Assembly (NCBI GenBank): GCA_017560765.1 | Contig: JAFZEI010000053.1 | Coordinates: 48-64,047 of the forward strand | Length of the DNA stretch: 64,000 nucleotides | From: Clostridia bacterium | Lineage (GTDB): Bacteria > Bacillota > Clostridia > UBA1212 > UBA1255 | Direction: 5' to 3' | Shown: one piece after another, positions 49,586 to 56,771 of the stretch | Layout: each line of letters opens with the position of its first letter | Numbering within the stretch: the stretch's first letter is position 1 | Notes under the pieces: model-generated | What the model saw: only the letters and a program-made list of their open reading frames with translations | What the model was told of the DNA's origin: nothing | Database searches by the model: none | Program-made: the position numbers and the translations under genes

Positions 49586-50722
49586 TTATTTAGTATTATC
49601 GTTCAGATCAATCCACAAGGCAGGACGAACGCCAATTGGAGCTCTACTATTAACATAATCGCCCAAATAATCAACAATTCCATTTGTATCTACTAAAGAT
49701 GCATCAGATTGAGTCCGACCCGGAGTTCTTAACCACCACCAACATGGTCCAGATGAAAATTTCCACATACCATTAGTGACAGCTGCATATTCAGTAGGAG
49801 AACATTTTCGTGCATCATCAGAACCGAAATATTTTTTTGCTTCTAAACCACTGAGTAAAAAAATATTATCTTGTGTTGTATTCCCCGGATTTGTTTCGTG
49901 TTTCGGATTATGATCTGCAGATGCTTTTTCTTTTGAGATCAGACTTTGTTCATCAGCAGAAAATGCAATTGTATAAAAGTCATTATTAAGCCATTTACGA
50001 AGTGTACACGATTCCCATGTAGTTTCAATGTAACTTGAATTGTATTTTTTATAATCAAGCAAATATTTACTAAGCAAAAGAATTTTGCCGTCTTTTTTGT
50101 CTGTTACAAGCCATTCAATTTTTTCTTTTCCATTTGAAAGATTGTTGTCTTGCTCGTATTTTCCAAACTTTATATAATCTCCCACGATAACGTTATTTAG
50201 CTGTTTTATTTCATTGATGAATTCAATTTTTAATATAGAATCTTTATAATCACCAAGTTGAAGAAATACATCATGTGCATCCTGAATTTTCCCTTCATTC
50301 ATTAACATCAATGCTTTCATGTAATTCTTTTCAATAATTGCGTTTTTACATTCCTCTATCTTTAATTTGCTATCTTTATATCCATCAAGTTCTTCAAAAG
50401 CCGATATTGCTTCAGCATACATTTCTTTTGTCATTAGCTCTAAGGTATTATTATATTTGTTATCAATAATTGCTTTTTTACATTCCTCTATCTTAATTTC
50501 ACTATCTTTATATTCCTTATGCTCTTCAAAAGCTGATATTGCTTCATTGTACTTTCCGTCATCCATCAATTTTATTGCATTATTATATTTAACTTTAGGA
50601 ATCATAACAATTAATAAAATACAAGCAATAACTAAAAATAAGAATACAAAACACGTAATAAAAATTTTAAATCTTATTCTTTTTTTCGGATTAATATAAG
50701 AATTTCCTTTTTCAATAATCAT
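49586..50722 (-). CDS. N-terminally membrane-anchored protein with 3x 44-aa 'GDYKDS' helical repeats and a DUF6273-like C-terminal domain
   Basis: TM helix FITCFVFLFLVIACILLIVMI. Repeats ...AISAFEE(L/H)..YKDS.(I/L)KIEECK.AI. C-terminal CWWWLRTPG...GVRPALWIDL resembles DUF6273 as I recall it. Confidence 0.7.
   Translation of the reverse strand: MIIEKGNSYINPKKRIRFKIFITCFVFLFLVIACILLIVMIPKVKYNNAIKLMDDGKYNEAISAFEEHKEYKDSEIKIEECKKAIIDNKYNNTLELMTKEMYAEAISAFEELDGYKDSKLKIEECKNAIIEKNYMKALMLMNEGKIQDAHDVFLQLGDYKDSILKIEFINEIKQLNNVIVGDYIKFGKYEQDNNLSNGKEKIEWLVTDKKDGKILLLSKYLLDYKKYNSSYIETTWESCTLRKWLNNDFYTIAFSADEQSLISKEKASADHNPKHETNPGNTTQDNIFLLSGLEAKKYFGSDDARKCSPTEYAAVTNGMWKFSSGPCWWWLRTPGRTQSDASLVDTNGIVDYLGDYVNSRAPIGVRPALWIDLNDNTK
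50195..50590 (-). repeat. 3 tandem copies of a 132-nt (44-codon) coding repeat
   Basis: tacattcctcta recurs at 50347 and 50479. The protein repeats start at residue K45 (top coordinate 50590). Confidence 0.8.
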
Positions 50723-50739
50723 AAAATCATCCCATAATA

Positions 50740-51774
50740 TTAAAATTTACTCATAACACTATTAAAATACTGCTTAAACCCTTCATCATTCGGATGTAAG
50801 CAAAGGTCTGCAAATAATGTTTCTTTGTGTTCTACGAAATTAATTCCTTGAATCACAACCATATTATCATACTCTTTTACTATATTGCGAATGTTTTTTT
50901 CAACATTGTCAAAAGAGCCGAATTGTGTTATATCATTGTGATTCTTTCGCCATATCGGAGTGAAAACGAAGACACGTGCATTAGGATAAGAAGTATTTAG
51001 ATTTTTAAAAAAACCATAGCAATTATCTATAAAATCACTCTCTTTGCACCTTGACCAATCATTAGTGCCATAAGCAACAGTAATATAGTCTGGTACGAAA
51101 TTTTCTTTCAATGCCGCCAATTGAGGAAAAAATATTTCTCCTCCGATAGCTTTATTATGTTCTTCTGCGTTTAAAAATTTAGCAAGTTGAGATGTGTACT
51201 TATTTGACGGATATAAAGCATCATATCCATGTGTTATCGAATCACCGAAACATAATAATTTTCTGCTATGTTTAATAGGTATTATTGTGGAATTATCGTC
51301 AAGAGTCATCTTTTTAATCACTGCCTTAACAGACCATGGTAAGTATATACAAACTTCTTTCATCCCTGTGCCAAGGATAAAGTTTTTACTGAATTCTCCT
51401 AACGGCAAAGACTTTCCCACATAATTCCCCACCATATCTGTATCTGTGAAATTCTTTAAAGAATCAAGCAGCTTGCCATTAACAAAAACATCAAACGAAA
51501 AATAGAGTCTGCTGCTTCCCGGCTCAACAAGTACATCCATATATAAATTATCGCTGTCGGTTTTAAAAGAAAGCATTATTCCCGAAGTAGAAAGTGCCTT
51601 TTTATAGAAATCAATGTTTGTTTTTTTATAAAGTTCTTCTTGCTGACAAGTAAAGCGATGAAAATTAAATCCATTAATATCCTCTGTTACTCTATCTGCA
51701 CCCAATGTAATTTCTTTAAATGCTTTAACATCTAAATCCAATGTATTCATCTCCCGAAAAAAAAGAGTACTCAT
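50740..51774 (-). CDS. SGNH/GDSL hydrolase with an N-terminal beta-sandwich domain (CE2-like esterase architecture)
   Basis: Block I LLCFGDSITHGYD, block III AYGTNDW, block V DLCLHPNDEG. No signal peptide. The start is uncertain: the ATG at 51774 lies inside the tRNA terminator hairpin, and the alternative ATG at 51750 abuts GGGAG. Confidence 0.75.
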   Translation of the reverse strand: MSTLFFREMNTLDLDVKAFKEITLGADRVTEDINGFNFHRFTCQQEELYKKTNIDFYKKALSTSGIMLSFKTDSDNLYMDVLVEPGSSRLYFSFDVFVNGKLLDSLKNFTDTDMVGNYVGKSLPLGEFSKNFILGTGMKEVCIYLPWSVKAVIKKMTLDDNSTIIPIKHSRKLLCFGDSITHGYDALYPSNKYTSQLAKFLNAEEHNKAIGGEIFFPQLAALKENFVPDYITVAYGTNDWSRCKESDFIDNCYGFFKNLNTSYPNARVFVFTPIWRKNHNDITQFGSFDNVEKNIRNIVKEYDNMVVIQGINFVEHKETLFADLCLHPNDEGFKQYFNSVMSKF

Positions 51775-51797
51775 AATCTAAAACATCATGAGCACTC
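51756..51797 (-). terminator. Intrinsic terminator immediately 3' of tRNA-Leu
   Basis: 10-bp stem gagtactcat (51765-51774) / atgagcactc (51788-51797) with one mismatch. On the minus strand it is followed by T8 (rev-comp of 51757-51764). Confidence 0.6.
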
Positions 51798-51801
51798 TCA
51801 A

Positions 51802-51888
51802 TGGTGCTGGTGACCGGACTTGAACCGGTACGGAGTTTTCCCCGAAGGATTTTAAGTCCTTTGCGTCTGCCGATTTCGCCACACCAGC
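51802..51888 (-). tRNA. tRNA-Leu (anticodon UAA), class II with a long variable arm and encoded CCA
   Basis: The reverse complement is GCTGGTGTGGCGAAATCGGCAGACGCAAAGGACTTAAAATCCTTCGGGGAAAACTCCGTACCGGTTCAAGTCCGGTCACCAGCACCA. Acceptor GCTGGTG/CACCAGC, anticodon stem AAGGA/TCCTT with loop CTTAAAA, T-arm ACCGG-TTCAAGT-CCGGT. Confidence 0.92.
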
Positions 51889-51906
51889 CTGTGTGAATCG
51901 TGTACG

Positions 51907-51935
51907 ATTATATCAAAACGAATTTAAAGTGTCAA
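51907..51935 (-). promoter_or_regulatory. Consensus sigma-A promoter of tRNA-Leu (TTGACA-N17-TGaTATAAT)
   Basis: On the minus strand: TTGACA (51935-51930), exactly 17 nt, TATAAT (51912-51907) preceded by TGa. The -10 box ends 18 nt before the mature tRNA 5' end. Confidence 0.7.
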
Positions 51936-51992
51936 TAACAAATTTTGATATATCACCGCCGGACTTATTCAACTAAAATTGTTACTAAGTAA

Positions 51993-53525
51993 TTATTCTT
52001 CGTCGTCGGTTTCTGATACGTTGTTAGCTGTCACGGGAACCGCTTTTTTCTTGTTGTAAACAATTGTCATGCAGATCGAAACAGCAGAAGCAACGAGAGC
52101 AAGTACTGCAACGAGCATTGCAAGCGAGCCTTCACCAAAGATGGATCCTACACCATTAGGAGCATCGGTATCAACAAACTGTGCTGCACTCTTATTATTA
52201 AAGGTTGCCTCTCCGAATTCGCAATCAACAAAGCTCAATCCCGCGTTGGAAATATTGAAAAAGAATGTATCATCAAGCTCCAACATAGGATCGTTATAGC
52301 TAAACTTACAGTTAGTAAATGAACTGTTAAATCCGGCGGCACAATTCCCATAGAAAGCAAAAGAATTATTTTCTGTAAAGTCCGAATTTGATGCGTTCAA
52401 CACCGTAGCTTCAGACTCTATTAAATGCACCTGATTATTATCTGAAAAATCACACTTTTCAATTGTAAGATAGCTTGCCTTGGAACTGATCACCGTAGTA
52501 TATTTAAGTGTGTTAAAACTGACATAGGTTTCATGCGCATAACCATTTTCCAAGAACTTTGTTTCCTTCATCGTGACTTTACTGCCGTTCAAGATACTAA
52601 TAATAGAATATGCAACCAAGCGTGTATCGCCATCGTTTGCCTTCATCAAACCGTTACCGATAACTTCACAGCCATCCATTACTAATGTGCCGTCATCAAC
52701 GTAAACGGCCGCTCCGTGTGTACTACGATTGTGTCCCTGATTATCCTGAAATGTCACATCCGTGAAAAAAGCACTTGCATCCTCCACATAAACACCGCCA
52801 CCATACACAAAATTGTACGACATATTATTAGAAATACATCCACCGTTCATAGTAAGAGTTGCTCCGTCATATACGGCAATTCCCGCACCATCATCGTAAT
52901 CAACCTTATTGCCGACAATATTTACGTTGTTGAGCAATAATTTTGAACCGTCCTGCATATGGATACCGCCTGCTCCGTTACAGCTAAAGCCACCGGTGAT
53001 AGTACCAAATTTAATCTCGCCGGGAGCACTTCCCGGCTTAACGATTGGATCGCCAGACTTGCCACCGTTGATTATAAGGTCAGCATCATCATTGATACAG
53101 ATAACCTCACCATCATACTCCCATTTGGTGAGTCCGCGGTTAATGGTGTGACCGTTAAGATTTATAGTAATTCTTGTGTCGCTGGGCACATAGATTGTAC
53201 TGTACTGAAATCCCGTCCAGGAACTCTTACCAAATTCACCCTTATCGTTAGCGTTCCAGTCGGCGTAGAAGTCTACTACAATACGAAGAAGGTCGTTATC
53301 ATCCATAAAGTCATCGTCACACGCATAGTCGACAGCTGCCTCCCATCCCTCTGCAAAATCTTTGTAATCACAATTCTCCGGGTAATAGAGAGTGATGCCG
53401 TCCTCTTTAAGTCCCGACACACGAATCACAGCGTTAGATGCAGGTTCCTCTACCGCAAACGATGTGATGCAAAATATACTTGCCATCAAATAAATTGTCA
53501 TAATGATTGTGAAAATTTTCTTCAT
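51993..53525 (-). CDS. Surface protein with a right-handed parallel beta-helix repeat region, an N-terminal signal peptide and a C-terminal TM anchor
   Basis: MKKIFTIIMTIYLMASIFCITSFA signal peptide. Repeats such as GGGVYVEDASAFFTDVTFQDNQG, HGAAVYVDDGTLVMDGCEVIGN and GAGIAVYDGATLTMNGGCISNN. C-terminal LAMLVAVLALVASAVSICMTIVY+KKK and an acidic tail. Start set at the ATG at 53525, about 8 nt after AAGGAG. Confidence 0.8.
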   Translation of the reverse strand: MKKIFTIIMTIYLMASIFCITSFAVEEPASNAVIRVSGLKEDGITLYYPENCDYKDFAEGWEAAVDYACDDDFMDDNDLLRIVVDFYADWNANDKGEFGKSSWTGFQYSTIYVPSDTRITINLNGHTINRGLTKWEYDGEVICINDDADLIINGGKSGDPIVKPGSAPGEIKFGTITGGFSCNGAGGIHMQDGSKLLLNNVNIVGNKVDYDDGAGIAVYDGATLTMNGGCISNNMSYNFVYGGGVYVEDASAFFTDVTFQDNQGHNRSTHGAAVYVDDGTLVMDGCEVIGNGLMKANDGDTRLVAYSIISILNGSKVTMKETKFLENGYAHETYVSFNTLKYTTVISSKASYLTIEKCDFSDNNQVHLIESEATVLNASNSDFTENNSFAFYGNCAAGFNSSFTNCKFSYNDPMLELDDTFFFNISNAGLSFVDCEFGEATFNNKSAAQFVDTDAPNGVGSIFGEGSLAMLVAVLALVASAVSICMTIVYNKKKAVPVTANNVSETDDEE

Positions 53526-53697
53526 AATCATGCTCCTTTCTGCTTTTTGTAAAATTGAAAATTTGCCTTATTACTAATAAAAAGCATGCTTTCCGATTAC
53601 TTTAATCTCCCCTTTTGCATAAACATATAATATTACTATTATATTACAAAAACAGATTTTTTCAATATTATATTTATGCAGAACTATAGGCGCCAAC

Positions 53698-53725
53698 TTG
53701 CAAAACAGTAATTTTGTGCTATACT
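53698..53725 (+). promoter_or_regulatory. Sigma-A-type promoter of the M50-like gene
   Basis: TTGCAA (53698-53703), 16-nt spacer, extended -10 TGcTATACT (53717-53725). Confidence 0.45.
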
Positions 53726-53777
53726 CTATGATGTTTATTTAACAGAAATAAATAATAATTTCTAGAGAGGTATTAAC

Positions 53778-54548
53778 ATGACACTTTCAGCATTAGGCTT
53801 TAGTGCAGATTATTTAGTTGATCAATTGCTTGGTATTCCCGGTTTTGTTTTGTTCCTGTGTTTCAGAGGCTTTTGTCAAGCGTTGACTGCACATAAGTTA
53901 GGTGACGATACAGCTTATTTAACAGGGTACATGACAATGAATCCAATGAAACATATAAATCTAATCGGTTTTATATTTATTATTATTTTTGGATTTGGCT
54001 TTAGTAATCAGGTTCCGGTAAATACAAGAAATTTTAAGAAAATAAAAAGAGATAATGCCATACAAATTCTTTCTGCCCCTATAAGCGGCATTTTGTTGAT
54101 GATAATATCGTCCTTTTTGCTGTATCTGTTATGGTTTATCGGAATTAAAACAGGTTTAGTATCCTCTTTTTTTTCTCCCGTCCACTATTTTACGGGAAGT
54201 TACGACATTTTGCAGATAATCGCATCAAATACAGAAAGTGTTTCAATTGTTTATACTGCCTTTTTGTGCATTATCGGTCGCACTGCTCTTGTATCAATAT
54301 TCTTAGCGGTATTCTTTTTCTTACCATTACCCGGCTTAGATGGATACAAACTTATTGCTAACTTCTTGCCATACAAATATTATTCAACACTATATAATAT
54401 CGAAAAATACAGCTTGTTTATTTTCTTAGGTTTTATAATGTTAATAGAGGTTGTACCCGGTGCGTATAGTATTGTAGAAGTACCTGCAATATCGTTATTA
54501 AATTTATTTAGCAAAATATTCGGACGTTTGTTCTCCTTATTCATATAA
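53778..54548 (+). CDS. Site-2-protease (peptidase M50)-like polytopic membrane protein lacking the HExxH motif
   Basis: RGFCQALTAHKLGDDTAYLTGYMTMNPMKHINLIG aligns with the M50B consensus HEfgHalaArklGD.ta...GrltLNPl.HiD.iG, but HExxH reads RGFCQ. The downstream LPLPGLDGYKL (Asp ligand motif) is retained. Confidence 0.72.
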   Translation: MTLSALGFSADYLVDQLLGIPGFVLFLCFRGFCQALTAHKLGDDTAYLTGYMTMNPMKHINLIGFIFIIIFGFGFSNQVPVNTRNFKKIKRDNAIQILSAPISGILLMIISSFLLYLLWFIGIKTGLVSSFFSPVHYFTGSYDILQIIASNTESVSIVYTAFLCIIGRTALVSIFLAVFFFLPLPGLDGYKLIANFLPYKYYSTLYNIEKYSLFIFLGFIMLIEVVPGAYSIVEVPAISLLNLFSKIFGRLFSLFI

Positions 54549-54571
54549 ATAAAATTTCCATATTTTACATT

Positions 54572-54601
54572 GCATACTTATTCACCACATTGCAAATATT
54601 A
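54572..54601 (+). promoter_or_regulatory. Candidate forespore (sigma-F/G-like) promoter of the SASP gene
   Basis: GCATA (54572-54576), 15 nt, GCAAATATTA (54592-54601), compared with the remembered consensus GCATR-N15-GGnnAnAHTR. The match is imperfect, so this call is weak. Confidence 0.3.
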
Positions 54602-54646
54602 CAATTGCCTTAAACAAGGCAATTATTTAAAGTGTGGTGAATTTTT

Positions 54647-54835
54647 ATGTCTAAGAAAAATAGTGCTTTTGATCAGATGAAGTACGAAGTTGCTGATGAA
54701 ATGGGTATTCAACTCAATCACGGATACAACGGAGACAAAACTGCAAGAGAGAACGGTGCTATAGGTGGCAGAATTACTCAAAAAGTATTTGAGCAATATA
54801 CAGGAAAGCCCTATAACAAGAAAAACTCAAAATAA
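54647..54835 (+). CDS. Alpha/beta-type small acid-soluble spore protein
   Basis: 62 aa. ...MKYEVADEMGI... (GPR-site-like) and ...TARENGAIGGRITQKVFEQ... match the two conserved SASP blocks. Confidence 0.9.
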   Translation: MSKKNSAFDQMKYEVADEMGIQLNHGYNGDKTARENGAIGGRITQKVFEQYTGKPYNKKNSK

Positions 54836-54860
54836 TATAAAAAAGGTATTGTAAAAACCT

Positions 54861-54908
54861 AAAAAAAGCTCTGAAATCCATTCAAATATGAGTTTCAGAG
54901 CTTTTTAT
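54861..54908. terminator. Bidirectional intrinsic terminator (SASP gene / rnhA-nudix)
   Basis: Stem agctctgaaa (54867-54876) / tttcagagct (54893-54902), with A7 upstream and TTTTATT downstream. Confidence 0.78.
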
Positions 54909-54919
54909 TGATATTTTCA

Positions 54920-55933
54920 TTACATAAAACTCTTGGCAGCCAAAATACCGGCAATAGTTTTAGCATCATTTAATTGACCGTTCATAACCATTTTATAAGC
55001 TATATCAAACGGCAATTTTATTACATGCAAAAATTCTTCTTCGTCCCTATGAATATGTCCAGGTTTTAAACCGGTAGCAAAATATATATGAAGTTTTTCT
55101 GCACAATAACCGGGAGTTGCATACATAGAAAATAAATGCTTAATCTCCCCTGCCTGCATACCCGTTTCTTCCTCAAGTTCTCTTATTGCACAATTAAGAG
55201 GATCTTCACCGATTTCAAGCTTACCTGCAGGAATCTCAAGCATCTCTTGACCTGCAGCGATTCTGTATTGTTTTACAAGAAAAATATTATTATTTTCATC
55301 TATAGCTACAATAGCCGCACCGCCGTTATGTCGAATAATTTCTCTCGTTGACCTTTGACCATCAGGAAGTTCAACCTCAGAAACTTCTACTTTAAAAACT
55401 CGGCCTGTAAACAATGTATCTGTTTTAATAATCTTCTCGAACAGTTCACCTGAATACTCTGTATCGCGCACCGAAGCGGTATTTTCTGAAACATTACCGT
55501 TTTTATATTTTGCGGCAGCTTGAACAGCAAGTTCATCACAACGATTGTTATACTCATTATCAGCATGACCCTTAACCTTAATCCACTTTACATTATGATA
55601 TTGGCACAACTCGTAAAGTTCTTTAATCAGCTCAGGATTCTTTAAAGGGCCATCTTTACGCTTCCAACCGTTATTTCTCCAACCTTGCACCCAACCTTTT
55701 GAAAAGGCATCTACAACATAGGAGCTGTCAGAATATATCTCAACCTCACATTTTTCTTTAAGGAGCTTAAGCGCCTCAATAGGCCCTCTTAACTCCATTC
55801 TGTTATTTGTGGTATCTTTCTCACCGCCGGAAATTTCTTTTTTCACATCGCCGCACATCAAAATAGCGGCATAACCTCCCGGCCCGGGATTTCCGGAGCA
55901 TGCTCCGTCAGTATATATAACGACTTTTTTCAT
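54920..55933 (-). CDS. rnhA: Fusion protein: RNase HI (N-terminal) + Nudix hydrolase (ADP-ribose pyrophosphatase-like, C-terminal)
   Basis: RNase H DEDD residues lie in YTDGAC, NNRMEL, YSDSSY and NRCDELA. The Nudix box GKLEIGEDPLNCAIRELEEETG fits GX5EX7REUXEEXGU. One uninterrupted 337-aa frame. Confidence 0.88.
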   Translation of the reverse strand: MKKVVIYTDGACSGNPGPGGYAAILMCGDVKKEISGGEKDTTNNRMELRGPIEALKLLKEKCEVEIYSDSSYVVDAFSKGWVQGWRNNGWKRKDGPLKNPELIKELYELCQYHNVKWIKVKGHADNEYNNRCDELAVQAAAKYKNGNVSENTASVRDTEYSGELFEKIIKTDTLFTGRVFKVEVSEVELPDGQRSTREIIRHNGGAAIVAIDENNNIFLVKQYRIAAGQEMLEIPAGKLEIGEDPLNCAIRELEEETGMQAGEIKHLFSMYATPGYCAEKLHIYFATGLKPGHIHRDEEEFLHVIKLPFDIAYKMVMNGQLNDAKTIAGILAAKSFM

Positions 55934-55943
55934 AAATACACCG

Positions 55944-56744
55944 TCACTTTTTACCTAAAGCTTTATTTTCACAAACCTCCATTGCATCAAAAATTGCTCC
56001 TCTGAAGCCACTTTTTTCTAAAGACGCAACTGCTTCTATGGTGGTGCCTGCAGGAGAACAAACCATATCTTTAAGAACTACAGGAAGCGTGCCGGTTTCC
56101 AACAAATACTTAGCAGTACCGTAAACAGTTTGCTCTGCCATAATGTAAGCATCTTTGCGAGAAAATCCTGCTCTTACAGCACCATCTGCCAAGGCATCAA
56201 TCATAATACAAATATATGCAGGACTGCTTGAAGTAACAGAAATGATTTTATCAACATAGCTTTCATCGGGGAGATTTACAACCTTTCCGCAATGTTCAAA
56301 CACACCCACAATCTGTTCTTTTGCGGATAAATATTTGTCATCATCCATATTGTAAAAATACATTCCCGTAAGACCTTCACCAACCATTGCCGGGAGATTT
56401 GGCATTGTACGTACAACGGCAACATTGCCAAGAACATTTGTAAAGCGTTCAATCTTTACACCTGCAGCAATAGAAACATATATTTTTGACTCATAGCCTT
56501 CGCATGTTTTTATTTCACTAATCAAAGCATCGATATGAACAGGCTTTACAGCAACAAGAATAACATCTGAAGACGCAATAAGCTCCTCTACGGAATTCTT
56601 ACGCTCCGCACCCGTTTCAGCAGAAATTACCGCTGCACGTTCTTCTGATTTTTCATATACAGCAATTTTGTAAAAACTGTTACATGCAATACCCTTTAAA
56701 ATGGCACTGCCCATATTTCCTGCACCTATAAAGCCTATTTTCAT
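55944..56744 (-). CDS. proC: Pyrroline-5-carboxylate reductase
   Basis: MKIGFIGAGNMGSAI Rossmann start, and C-terminal ...CSPAGTTIEAV... P5CR signature. Confidence 0.92.
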   Translation of the reverse strand: MKIGFIGAGNMGSAILKGIACNSFYKIAVYEKSEERAAVISAETGAERKNSVEELIASSDVILVAVKPVHIDALISEIKTCEGYESKIYVSIAAGVKIERFTNVLGNVAVVRTMPNLPAMVGEGLTGMYFYNMDDDKYLSAKEQIVGVFEHCGKVVNLPDESYVDKIISVTSSSPAYICIMIDALADGAVRAGFSRKDAYIMAEQTVYGTAKYLLETGTLPVVLKDMVCSPAGTTIEAVASLEKSGFRGAIFDAMEVCENKALGKK

Positions 56745-56771
56745 ATATAAAACTCCTTAATTCAACCGTTG

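Noticed and set aside
48117-51992. Genomic island or prophage remnant integrated at tRNA-Leu.
   Set aside because: There is no integrase or recombinase and no duplicated tRNA 3' segment (att-like direct repeat) that I could find. There are no phage structural genes, and base composition looks the same as the flanks. I kept it only as a weak 'accessory cluster' note.
52959-53552. 197-aa + strand ORF antisense to the beta-helix surface protein gene. Others are 52716-52940, 52909-53151 and 52069-52299.
   Set aside because: The minus-strand frame has a signal peptide, repeats, a TM anchor, an RBS and a clean stop. The + frames have no start context and no recognisable motifs.
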